Shown here piece after piece: positions 27,696 through 54,670 of a stretch of 64,000 nucleotides of DNA. The first letter of the stretch is position 1; every line of letters begins with the position of its first letter. This stretch comes from Pecten maximus. Taxonomy: Eukaryota. Made by a program: the position numbers and the translations under genes. Below the pieces are notes generated by a model. The model saw nothing but the letters and a program-made list of their open reading frames with translations, searched no databases and was not told the DNA's origin. Where the stretch lies: the NCBI RefSeq assembly GCF_902652985.1, contig NC_047024.1, positions 22,568,001-22,632,000 on the forward strand, in the 5' to 3' direction.

Positions 27696-29829
27696 TGTAG
27701 TATCCTGGGAATCAGCAACACTGTCTATTATAATGAAGTTTGTTTGCTGAAGTTAAAGTCCCCAGAAGAATTTGACTGAAATTTTATATAACATTTTGCC
27801 TTGAAGAATGTGATCAGATTTGACCTAGATTGGTCGATGGTGGATAAAGACGACTGTGATCGATGACTACTGGGTTGATGTACCTAGTAATTTTTTATCT
27901 GTGATGTAATATCTATATATATGCTTGCTTCATATGTTATAACGGGTATTATGTATACTATCTGTTAGATAGAATGACTGTATTTACTGTATGTATCCCG
28001 TAATAAGCCCAGGGGCTAACGCATAACCTCATGCTAAGTGTCGAGGGATGGGCTTATTACAGAACAATGAAATTATGCATGGTGATCATTTTGACTGAAC
28101 AGCAATAGATATGGGTGGGGTTATTACTAATGTGGGATTTTCTTCAGATAAATATGGTACTGAGCTTCTCATGTTACCCCCATAACCCCCACCCCCAACA
28201 AACTGCCCTCACCACCTCTCCCCCACGTGCACCCCCTCAAACACATGATATTTGACATGTTTTTTTTTTGTATGGTTATGATATGTTCTTATTTCATATA
28301 CAGATACATGATATTCAATTGATATCTACAAACCAAAAATATTCACAAAGAAGACATTCTAAAAATAGTTTAATATTTAAAAAAAGGGACAATTAATAAT
28401 CAAAGTCTTTTTTTTCACAACCACAAAGTAATTCTTAGAACTGGAGTTTTTCTTTCCTTAAGGGCATTTTATGCCCGGATGTTGACGGGAGTTTTTCTTG
28501 GTGTTTCCTATTGACAAACAAGAACGCTTGTCTGTGTGGTTATGCTATAATTGTAGTGTTTACAGTTAGTTGACCTTGATTTGTCCTTACTTTTGTAAAT
28601 CCTGTTTTGTTTAAATTCAACTGTGAACACTTTAATTTCATATTTGATTTTTGTATTAAGAATAATGTATTTGATTCCTGATTATGATATGTATTTCGTA
28701 AATTCAAATTCATGAAAGTTGAAGAAAAATTGACCACAATGGATTTTAGGCAAGATTATCTTGAATATGAATTGTGTAAACTTTTGTTAGAAGCATTGTC
28801 GTTACCTACTCCATTTCAGATGTCAGTTGTCCTGATAATATCGTCCCTTAAGAATGACATTGCCTTGTTTTCCCAGCAAGAACAGGTATAGGCCGCTTCC
28901 CAAGCTAAAAATGATGTTTTGATTTCCCCAATTAAAAAAAAAACTAAATTGCAAAGAAGGTATTACAATATTTTGCCATTTTAAACAGGCACATGCAGTT
29001 TTAAACTTGAGGTAGAAATTACACAAGCTCAGTATATCTATATTTAAACAGTTAATTGGTAACCCTGTCAAAATTCACATTTCATAAACTTTGGTCGAAC
29101 CTTTTTGACTGCAATTAACAAGAATGTGACCCTGTACCATAACACTGAATCACAAGCTGTTTAACTTTTCAGTTGATAAAATCACCTTAATTTATTCTGT
29201 AGTGAAAATTAGGCTTACCTCCTATGAAGTATTGTATAGGAAAATTAAAGATATAACCAGCATTCTAAGAATCACTTTAAATAGAGGAAAATATGACAAA
29301 AAAAAAAAAAAATTTAAAAAATACATTAACATATATTGTTATCTTAATATTGTAATTTATCCATGTGCTGAACTGAGTTATGGCAGTTCCAAATCAGCTG
29401 GTTGGCGAAAATCTGTCTATAAAGACCACCTGTCTATAGAGACCAATTTAGATGTCTCCCTTGAGCAGTCTTTATAGACAGGTATAACAATGGTACAGGG
29501 TACAGAGTGACGACCTTCTATATGTACTTATTAAAGCTCACTTAGAAATATTTGTTGGTGCTTGGATATCAGAACTCATTATAATTCCATTTTTGTGATA
29601 TTTTATATTTAAGAATACATTATATACCTATTTGTAAAATTGATTACCATAAATGTACTTATATTAGCACACTCATAAAAATTATACATATCTTGTATTA
29701 GGGCTTTGTGGAATTTCATAAATTGGCATTTTTCACATTAATCCCAGGTGTATGATATAGAAAATATTTACACTGGTTGCAAAGCTTCAATAAAAGTAAA
29801 ATGATGGTTTATCGTAACTTTCAATATTG

Positions 29830-30230
29830 CTAAAATAAGATTACCCCTAAAATAAGTTAACCACTATTAAGATAAGATTACTGCTAAGGTAAGAATACCA
29901 CTAAGATAAATTACCACTAAGATAAGATTACTGGTAAGATAAGATTACTGGTAAGATAAAATTACCACTAAGATAAGATTACTGGTAAGATAAAATTACC
30001 ACTAAGATAAGTTAACTGCTAAGATAAGATTACCACTGAAATAAGATAACCACTAAAATAAGATAACTACTAAAATAAGATTACCGCTAAAATAAGATTA
30101 CCACTGAAATAAGATTACCACTGAACTAAGATTACCACTAAAATAAGATTACCACTGAAATAAGATTATCGCTTAAATAAGATTACCACTGAAGTAAAAT
30201 TATCGCTAAGATAAGAATACTGCTAAAATA
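29830..30230. repeat. 17-bp minisatellite (TAAGATTACCACTRARA)n
   Basis: Directly visible. Confidence 0.85.
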
Positions 30231-31593
30231 TGTACATTTACAGTAATCTTTCAGCTGGGCTATAGGCTACTTTAATTTATAAAGATGCTAGTCAGTTTGC
30301 TTCATATTGCAAATCTAATTTATATGTATTCCAATTTCACATGTATACAGTATTTTATGTCATAGTCCTGTGGGTTACTATATATTGTTATTTCTGCCAC
30401 AATTGGTCTTGTTTATCAACTCTCCAACAGGACACAGGGGATTGATAACTTTAATTTATGTGGTTGTGATTACACCTTTTTACATTGATACTTAAAAATT
30501 TACCAGGATGTATTTTACTTTATGAATATTCAGAATTGATAAAAGTCATTAAGTGAAAAAAAGTACATGTATTATAAAATAAAATTTGAATACCTGTATA
30601 TAGCTGTAAGCAAAGCTATATAATTGCATTTTTAGCAAGCTTATCTTATCTCACAAAATTCTATTTGCTTGAATTGTTGTTTGTAACACAACCATATAAA
30701 TCTCTCATTATTGTGAGAGAAATTGTGGTAAAAAGAAGGTCCACATCTTGTGACAATTGTGTGTCATATTTGACAAAGTTATTAAAAGTTCACTGAATTA
30801 TACAAAATTATGCTTCAGAAAATAAGCACGAGTTCAAACTATCCAAGTCGATAAAGCCAAATTTGGCAAAGAGTAAATCAAGACGTTAACATATATCTGG
30901 AACTGTTTATGATATGCAACAGTCACTTTTTATTGGACCCTAATGATATATATGGGAGTACATTTGTATTTTCTTCGTGATTATTATTCTATATGTATTT
31001 ATTCAGAAGAAAATGGTGATTTCTATAACAGATCAATGATTTTGGTTAAGTTATTCCATGATTACATAACAAAAGAAGCAGGAAAATGTATCTCAATATT
31101 TGATATACAGCTAACTGTTTTTGATGAATGATTAGGTAAGCCTGTATTTTACTACAAGTGAAGCTATCTTTACTTAAAACTCCTCAGTATTCAGAGAGAA
31201 TACTTGTACAATGACTTTATTTGTCACAGGACAGGAGCACCTGATCAAATCATCATTTATTATGCTCAAGGATCTTTTCAGGTGGAGCATGGATGCTATG
31301 CTGTTGAAATAAGAGTTTTTTCCACTTTTTAATTTGAACTTAATATCTTATCATAGTCTTCAAGGAATTTTTAAACAGACTTTGCATTTACTTGGTAACT
31401 CCAAGTGAATTTTCTGAGCTGGTAGCTTTCAGTCTCCACAAGCTGAATCCTTATTACCCACTAAAGGAATCAGAGATTGGATACAATATTTGTTCTTGTT
31501 AATTTTCTAATTGAAATCCATGTTAATGATCGAGTTGTCCGACATTATCATAACTTGAAACTTGAGAGCACTTCAGAGTTTTAAGAAGGAAAT

Positions 31594-32899
31594 GGATAAA
31601 AGAATAAATTATTTCACCTCCTTGGGGTTGAGACAGGTGGGTTGCAGTCAGAGGGGAAAGATTCCGTAGTTGCCAAACACAAGACTTGCCAAGTATTTGG
31701 CAGCTTAAGAATCTTATACTGAGGGTTGAGATCCCCTCCCCCCGTCTCAATCCGCAATGTATGTACCTGGCGATACTGATGTTATATATCAATGCAAGAC
31801 ATTGTGGACATATCACATCATTGGTATTGTTGATGTCATGTCATGTAGTTGTCGATGACGTCATGGTATTGTTTCCATGACATCAGTTGATGTGAGTCTG
31901 GTATCCCCCCGTCTCGCCCCTTGGGCGAGATGAAGAATTGTCGGTGTGATCCTGATTTTGTTCGGGAGGAGATAACTCTTATCTCACACAGCTTAGGAAA
32001 AGACAGTCGATACCATACTCAGTGCTGCAGGAATTATGTTTAGATATGATGTCATCATATTGTGTTGTTCCTGTGAATTTGTACCATTGCTGTGAAAAGG
32101 GAATTATCCAATCTCAACTCTAGGGTTTATGATCTTTGGATGACAACATAGAGAGATGTTTATTAAAAAATGGAGTTAATTCATTTAGAAGTTTGAGAAA
32201 TAGTCAAACAAATATATGGGAGTATTCTGTGGACACGGTTTTTAACCTTGCATTATAAGGGTTTGGCTGGCAACATGCAGCAAGCCTGGAGCAGACCAGC
32301 TGAACTCTTCCACTAGGTTTGAATTATCCCTCGAACAGACCCATGTATCATTCTATTCATTTAGAAGTTTGAGAAATAGTCAAACACATATATGTGAATA
32401 TTCTGCAGGCAGGGTTTTTAACCTTGCATTATAAGGGTTTGGCTGGCAACAAGCAGCAAGCCTGGAGCAGACCAGCTAAACTCTTCCACTAGGTTTGAAT
32501 TATCCCTCGAACAGACCCCATGTATGATTCTATTATTCTCTTACCCTGGACAGGGATATCCGCAGTTTTACCGGGGTGAGATTTTCTTATCTCGCCTTAG
32601 GGAAAAGACAAGCTACACATGCTCTTTTCACACTCTCAGCAATTGTATTTTGTCACTTCAACAAAACCATGACGTCATGGCAACAGTACAATGACGTCAC
32701 ACCGGCAATTCAATCACATCATGTCAATATTCCCTTGCATTGATAGTAACGTCAATATTAGATACATAGAGGGTAAACAGGGTAAGAAAAAATAATCATT
32801 CACCACCAGGAAAGTGAGACGGGGAAATCTCAACTCTTGGAGTAAGGTAAGTTGAGATTTCCCTGTCTCGTCCCCAAGGGGTGAAATATTCTTTTAATC
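31594..32899. mobile_element. Foldback-like element with long imperfect inverted ends and an internal ~176-bp tandem duplication
   Basis: Left GATAAAAGAATA..ATTTCACCTCCTTGGGGTTGAGACAGG versus right CCTGTCTCGTCCCCAAGGGGTGAAATATTCTTTTAATC. Duplication at 32180-32535. Confidence 0.55.
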
Positions 32900-33069
32900 T
32901 CACACCAATAAAAGTTTGAAAACACCTATCCAGCACCACTTACCAGTAATGTAGTGATTCTTACCAGACTGTAGCACAGTATGTCTCTTATATACTGTAC
33001 GCAAGATGTTGGTTTTTGTGTTGCCATGGTAATTCCTGACTGAAAATGTTTTGGAATCAGACAATTAGC

Positions 33070-33352
33070 TAGCCCGCGTTTCCTCTGGCCTCGACACCAT
33101 GTCTGGTGTAGGGCCAGAGCGCACTACTATATGAAAACATGGAATTCTCCAACACCGTTTGGTGTCGCAAAGATTTTGGTGCAAATACAATAAAATCGGG
33201 TGTGACATAACACCTACCTTACATGTATGGATAAATAAGATATTTATTTACCCCGGTACACCCATTTTGTCCTATCTAGGTGTTTTATTCCGTCCATATA
33301 GACCCTCGCTTTACGCTAGACATGGTGTCAAGGCCATAGGAAACTCGGGCTA
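33070..33352. mobile_element. MITE with ~45-bp TIRs and 7-bp TSD
   Basis: TAGCCCGCGTTTCCTCTGGCCTCGACACCATGTCT... and its reverse complement at the right end. AATTAGC flanks both sides. Confidence 0.85.
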
Positions 33353-34493
33353 AATTAGCAAAGACAAATGTTTTGGTCATCTAGAAAATTTAAATCAATA
33401 TAACTATGTCACTGAAAGAAAAATTGCGAATGCAAAAATGTATAACTTACAGTTAGATAATGAATAAGTTAGCCGAGGAATTATGATTTTTGGATAGTTG
33501 GGTGTTGTTTACCGGATGTATCATGTGTGCACCGAGTAATGGATATTGTTTTAAATCCCCAGGTACCTGTTGAATTTTATACAAAATTTTGATATTGAGT
33601 TCTATCAATATTTTGAAACTGTGTGAGATATTTATGAACTGTTATGATATGGATACCAAAACCATTCAAATGATTTACCAAATCAAGATTGAAAATCTGA
33701 CAATAAATTTTTAATGAATGAGAAAAAGTGTTGTTTTCTACTTGAGTAAATGTTGTTCAGCATTGAAGGGTTTGTGAGTAATAAATAAATTCATCACTTA
33801 TTTGTGCATATGATTTGTTAAGAAATATTTTCGCAAGAATCATGAAATTCATGCCTGGTCATTATAATTTTGACACATGAAAAGTGCCAGTGAGTTATCC
33901 CCCTTTAATTGTATCATCGTTTGACTAAACATAAAAATACATGGATGTATTTATATTTCCTACAATTTCAACTGAAATTTCGATTCATTAAGGATCTCAA
34001 CTAAAAGGAATAGCTTACTTGTTACCCACAGCAATATACATTTACATTTTTTTTGGCTGTTTCAAATGTTTACTTGTCATGTGAGCTGTGACTTAAGAAT
34101 TTGATTTGTCTGGCAAATTTGTGAAAACTGCCACCTCATATAGATATGTCCATTTACACATATCACATGGTCACTATTTACCCAAGCAGCTCATCTTAAC
34201 TGCATGGAATTGTTTTAATTACAAATCCAGCTTCTCTATCTTGACTAGCCTGATATAATTTTTAGTTTCTAATTTGAAATTGTAATTTACAAATACATGT
34301 ATATTATATCTTGGACACTGTAATTTACGGTACTCACAAAAAACATGGACCAATATCATTTTCGAGGTATTTTATTAATACACATCTTACTCATCATATA
34401 TCACAGTTTTTAATCCATTTGATAAAAATAAATCATGCATATTTGACATGATAGTATTCATGATATATATACCACTTGACAACATTGTTAACA

Positions 34494-36305
34494 TTTTTAG
34501 CTCACCTGGACCGAAGGTCCGGTGAGCTTATGTCATGGCGCAGCGTCCGTCGTCCGTCCGTCGTCCGTCCGTCCGTCGTCCGTCAACATTTGCTTCAAAT
34601 CGCTACTAGTCTAAAACTTCTTATTGGATTTTGACCAAATTTGACCAGAAACATCCTTGGCAGAAGGGGAACAGATTTTGCATAAATGGTGACTCTGACC
34701 CCCGAGGGGCCAAAGGGGTGGGGCCCAATAGGGGAAATAGACGTAATTCCTTTAAATCGCTACTAGTCATAAAGTTATGAATGAATTTGAACCCAATTTG
34801 GTCAGAAACATCCTTGGGGGAAGAGGAACAGATTTGGCATAAATGGTGACTCTGACCCCCGATGGGGCCAAAGGGGCGGGGCCCAATAGGGGAAATAGAC
34901 GTAATTCCTTTAAATCGCTACTTGTCATAAAGTTATGAATGGATTTGAACCCAATTTGGTCAGAAACACCCTTGGGGGAAGAGGAACAGATTTTGCATAA
35001 ATGGTGGCTCTGACCCCGGAGGGGCCAAAGGGGCGGGGCCCAATAGGGGAAATAGAGGTAATTCCTTTAAATCGCTACTAGTTACTAAGTTATGAATGGA
35101 TTTGAACCCAATTTGGTCAGAAACACCCTTGGGGGAAGAGGAACAGATTTTGCATAAATGGTGGCTCTGACCCCGGAGGGGCCAAAGGGGCGGGGCCCAA
35201 TAGGGGAAATAGAGGTAATTCCTTTAAATCGCTACTACTTACTAAGTTATGAATGGATTTGAACCCAATTTGGTCAGAAACATCCTTGGGGGAAGGGGAA
35301 CAGATTTTGCATAAATGGTGACTCTGACCCCAAAGGGGCCAAAGGGGCGGGGCCCAAAAGGGGAAATAGAGGTAATTTCTTTAAATCGCTACTAGTCATA
35401 AAGTTATGGATGGATTTGAACCCAATTTAGTCAGAAACATCCTTGGGGGAAGGGGAACAGATTTTGCATAAATGGTGACTCTGACCCCCGAGGGGCCAAA
35501 GGGGTGGGGCCCAGAAGGGGAAATAGAGGTAATTCCTTTAAATCACTACAAGTCATAAAGTTATGAATGGATTTGAACCCGATTTGGTCAGAAACATCCT
35601 TGGGGGAAGGGGAACAGATTTTGCATAAATGGTGACTCTGACCCCAAAGGGGCCAAAGGGGCGGGGCCCAAAAGGGGAAATAGAGGTAATTTCTTTAAAT
35701 CGCTACTAGTCATAAAGTTATGGATGGATTTGAACCCAATTTAGTCAGAAACATCCTTGGGGGAAGGGGAACAGATTTTGCATAAATGGTGACTCTGACC
35801 CCCGAGGGGCCAAAGGGGTGGGGCCCAGAAGGGGAAATAGAGGTAATTCCTTTAAATCACTACAAGTCATAAAGTTATGAATGGATTTGAACCCGATTTG
35901 GTCAGAAACATTCTTGGGGGAAGGGGAACAGATTTTGCATAAATGGTGGCTCTGACCTCAAAGGGGCCAAAGGGATGGGGCCCAGAAGGGGAAATAGAGG
36001 TAATTCCTTTAAATCGCTACTAGTCATAAAGTTATGAATGGATTTGAACCTGATTTAGTCAGAAACATCCTTGGGGGAAGGGGAACAGATTTTGCATAAA
36101 TGGTGACTCTGACCCCAAAGGGGCCAAAGGGGCAGGGCCCAATAGGGGAAATAGACGTAATTCCTTTAAATCGCTACATGCCACACTATAACCATATATA
36201 GCATTTTTGGAGATTTACAAATAAAACAAATTGAATATGAACATTATTTTGACATTTGGTCTAATCCAACCAGGTGAGCAATACAGGCCCCATGGGCCTC
36301 TTGTT
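34494..36305 (+). mobile_element. Non-autonomous Helentron/HINE (DINE-1/pearl-like) element with ten 157-bp internal repeats
   Basis: T-rich ends, subterminal IR AGCTCACCTG..CAGGTGAGC, 5' palindrome (CTCACCTGGACC GAA GGTCCGGTGAG), (GTCC) microsatellite, units starting at 34597, 34754, 34912 ... 36168, and a 3' hairpin AGGCCCCATGGGCCT. Confidence 0.85.
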
Positions 36306-36454
36306 ATCATGATTAAAAGTTTACATTAGGATACAGCCAAAAACATTTTTACGAAAAAAAAACCCCAAACATTCCCACTGGTTCTAACTCATTCACCAAC
36401 ATACAATGTACATGTATACATAAACTATCACACAAAAAAAAAAAAAAAAAAAAC

Positions 36455-36652
36455 TACTGTAAACTTGGAAATTTACGAGAGGGTGAAATTTATGCTAATT
36501 ATGCGGATCCCTTTTGATCGAGAAAATTTCCCCCGCGTGTACCATTTTGATATTAATTTGAGTAAACTCGAACTACAAACGAAGGTGGGTCAATCGTGAA
36601 AATTACCCCTGCACGTATAGTTTACGTATTGAAAATAACCACATTTACAGTA
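36455..36652. mobile_element. Small MITE (TA-flanked, Tc1/mariner-like)
   Basis: TACTGTAAA...TTTACAGTA termini. Confidence 0.55.
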
Positions 36653-37947
36653 ATTAAAAAAAAACTTGCTTCACACAATATCAGGTCGGTAAGTTAATCC
36701 AGCTGAAATAAATTATAATGTAATACATCTTGTATTCCATTTTATCACAATCAAAAATTAGCTTATTAGTGCAAAAAGTATGGCTATTCCAGAATTCTCA
36801 TTCCTGGAGGGAGTAGTCTATTTGATGTAAAGGAATAGTAAACAGTGAATTTGTTTTTGTTGATATGATGGTGGTGATTCATAGAAACATATATAAATGT
36901 TCTCGTAGAAATGAATGTAGTCAAAATCTTAAACTCTTTATGCTGCTGAGTTAACTTATATGACATACCAATACTCGTACCAGGTAATCATATGTATATG
37001 TAACATAGATATTAACATGTAGCCACATAAATCCATACATATTCAAAGTCCAGTGTTCTGGCTTAGTCCTCAAATTTCACAACAGCAGAGGTTATTTAAA
37101 ATGATTCAGCTCTCTGAAAAAATACCTTTTGAAATTAGATATTACGGCAGTTTTTGTTTATCGCTGTTCAAACTGTTGGACAGGTTGGACCAGAGTTCAT
37201 TTATGAAATAAAGACAGACCTGGTATTGTTTTGTTGTTTTCATGTGAGATTTGACAAAGACTTTTAAGGCCTGCATAACATCTGCAGGTCCGTCGGGATA
37301 TATGCCTTAAATATTACATTTAAAAATAGATGAACTGGTTTGTCCGCATAAACGAACAGGCCCCAGGTGAAAGTCATGAAATTTTCAAAAAGACCTATGG
37401 TCAAATCTGTGAGTCCATCCAAGGAAAATCTCAAAATAAGTCCCTTAAAAAAGATAATCCCTTAATACAGATGTATGATATTGTTATGTACAGTAATCTC
37501 CTTTGTGGAAATGATAGAATCAGGAATCTGTTACCAGTGTTTGTGGTCAATAATATCAATTTATCTCTCACACAGTAGACGGATGACATTCTGAAAAAAA
37601 ATCTTTCAGGCAAAATTGATAGAATGTCCGGCCAAGATTGAAATAAATCGATCTTGAACATAGGTTAAGATTTTTTTCTTTTTTTGTACATAATTGTATC
37701 AAATTTGCAGGAAAAGTATGATCTTATATTGCCCCAAATGTCATAATTGTCGCATAAGGATACCACACAGATTGGACGGAATGAAAAATCCAACACAGGG
37801 TCGCACTCGAGATTTCTCTTAAGACGGAGTAATTCTTAACATGGTTAACTTATCCCAGCAGACTCAACAACGCCAACATATCCAATATATTGGTGTAGGC
37901 ACTGAAGAAAGTTAAATTTAATTTTAAGATCCCGATTTTATGACAGT

Positions 37948-53152
<15,205 letters not shown>

Positions 53153-53409
53153 TTTCTTCTCTTTAGTTTGGCAATACTATGGATATTTCATTATTTTGAA
53201 AATCTAGAAAATGAAACGACAACGAAACTTAAAATTGTGACTTTTATATTAGAAAGTCATATTTTGAGATTTTCTGAAACAGAATTTTCAACATGTATGT
53301 GAATAATTGTGTTTATCATATCAATGTTTTATTTTTCTCATATGGATTCTTCCCAATTTGAATTTTAAAAGAACTCCTCAAATGGATGTCTACAGCAAAA
53401 AAAAGACTG

Positions 53410-54150
53410 GTGTCTAACCACACATCTCCCCTGTAATGACACATTATTTGTGTCTAACCACACATCTCCCTTATAATGACACATTACTTGTATCTTCTTT
53501 CGTCATTCGGCCTCCGTCAAAAAATGACAATTACGGCTAAAGGGAGGGATTGTTGCATATGCTCTTCAAAAGAAGTAAAAAAGTGCAGGGATTTGGGTAC
53601 AGTACTTACCACACATCTCCCTTGTAATGACACATAACTTGTCTGTAACCACACATCTCCCCTGTAATGACACATTACTTGTGTCTAACCACACATCCCT
53701 TGTAATGACACATAACTTGTATCTAACCACACATCTCCCCTGTAATGACACATTACTTGTGTCTAACCACACATCCCTTGTAATGACACATAACTTGTAT
53801 CTAACCACACATCCCTTGTAATGACACATTACTTGTCTGTAACCACACATCTCCCCTGTAATGACACATTACTTGTATCTAACCACACATCCCCCCTTGT
53901 AATGACACAGAACTTGTATCTAACCACACACCCCCCCTTGTAATGACACAGAACTTGTATCTAACCACACATCTCCCCTGTAATGACACATTACTTGTAT
54001 CTAACCACACACCCCCCCTTGTAATGACACAGAACTTGTATCTAACCACACATCCCCCTTGCAAAGACACATGCTTGTGTGACTGTCTAACCACACATGA
54101 CCATTGTAATAACACATCACTTGTGTCTAACCACACATCTCCTTGTAATG
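53410..54150. repeat. ~39-41-bp minisatellite upstream of the TTLL1 ATG exon
   Basis: CTAACCACACATCTCCCCTGTAATGACACATTACTTGTRT units. Confidence 0.9.
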
Positions 54151-54429
54151 CCAAGGTTATATTACTTGTCCTACACAGCTGTAGCCATACTATCCAACTG
54201 TACCTCGGAGAGTAGCAGGTGCCCTTTCATGGCTTTTGAACTGTTTACAGTTTGCAAAGACATGAGAGAACCAGCTACCGTAACCATACACAATAATTAT
54301 AGATCGTTTCGTTACAATAAATTGCAGTAGAATGAACAAATATTCATTTGATTAAGATGCAATATAACTTCATTCTTTCTGTATTTAGCTGGATACAGTA
54401 CATAACAGGCAATGAAAATACATTGTGAT

Positions 54430-54670
54430 TTTCAACTTACAGCATACCGGAAGTAGTAGAGGCGTCCTCAGCAACTACAGTCCCGCATATATTTATTTAT
54501 ATCTTATTTTATAAATTAGAGCATACGTGTCTCTTTGAAAGTTCCCGAAAAAAATCGTGTTTATCAATACTTGATTATAATTAGGCTAATTAAACACTTA
54601 AGAACAAATATCAAATCTCGTCCGGCACGTTACTTCATATTTCTAAACATCCAACATGGCTGCCGGTGGA
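54430..54670. promoter_or_regulatory. Putative bidirectional promoter TTLL1/TMEM41B, including a probable non-coding first exon of TTLL1
   Basis: Minus-strand donor (+ strand acttac, 54435-54440) and an acceptor just upstream of the TTLL1 ATG exon (~53203). ETS CCGGAAGT at 54447, ACTACAGTCCC at 54474, and YY1-like CAACATGGC at the TMEM41B ATG. Confidence 0.6.
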
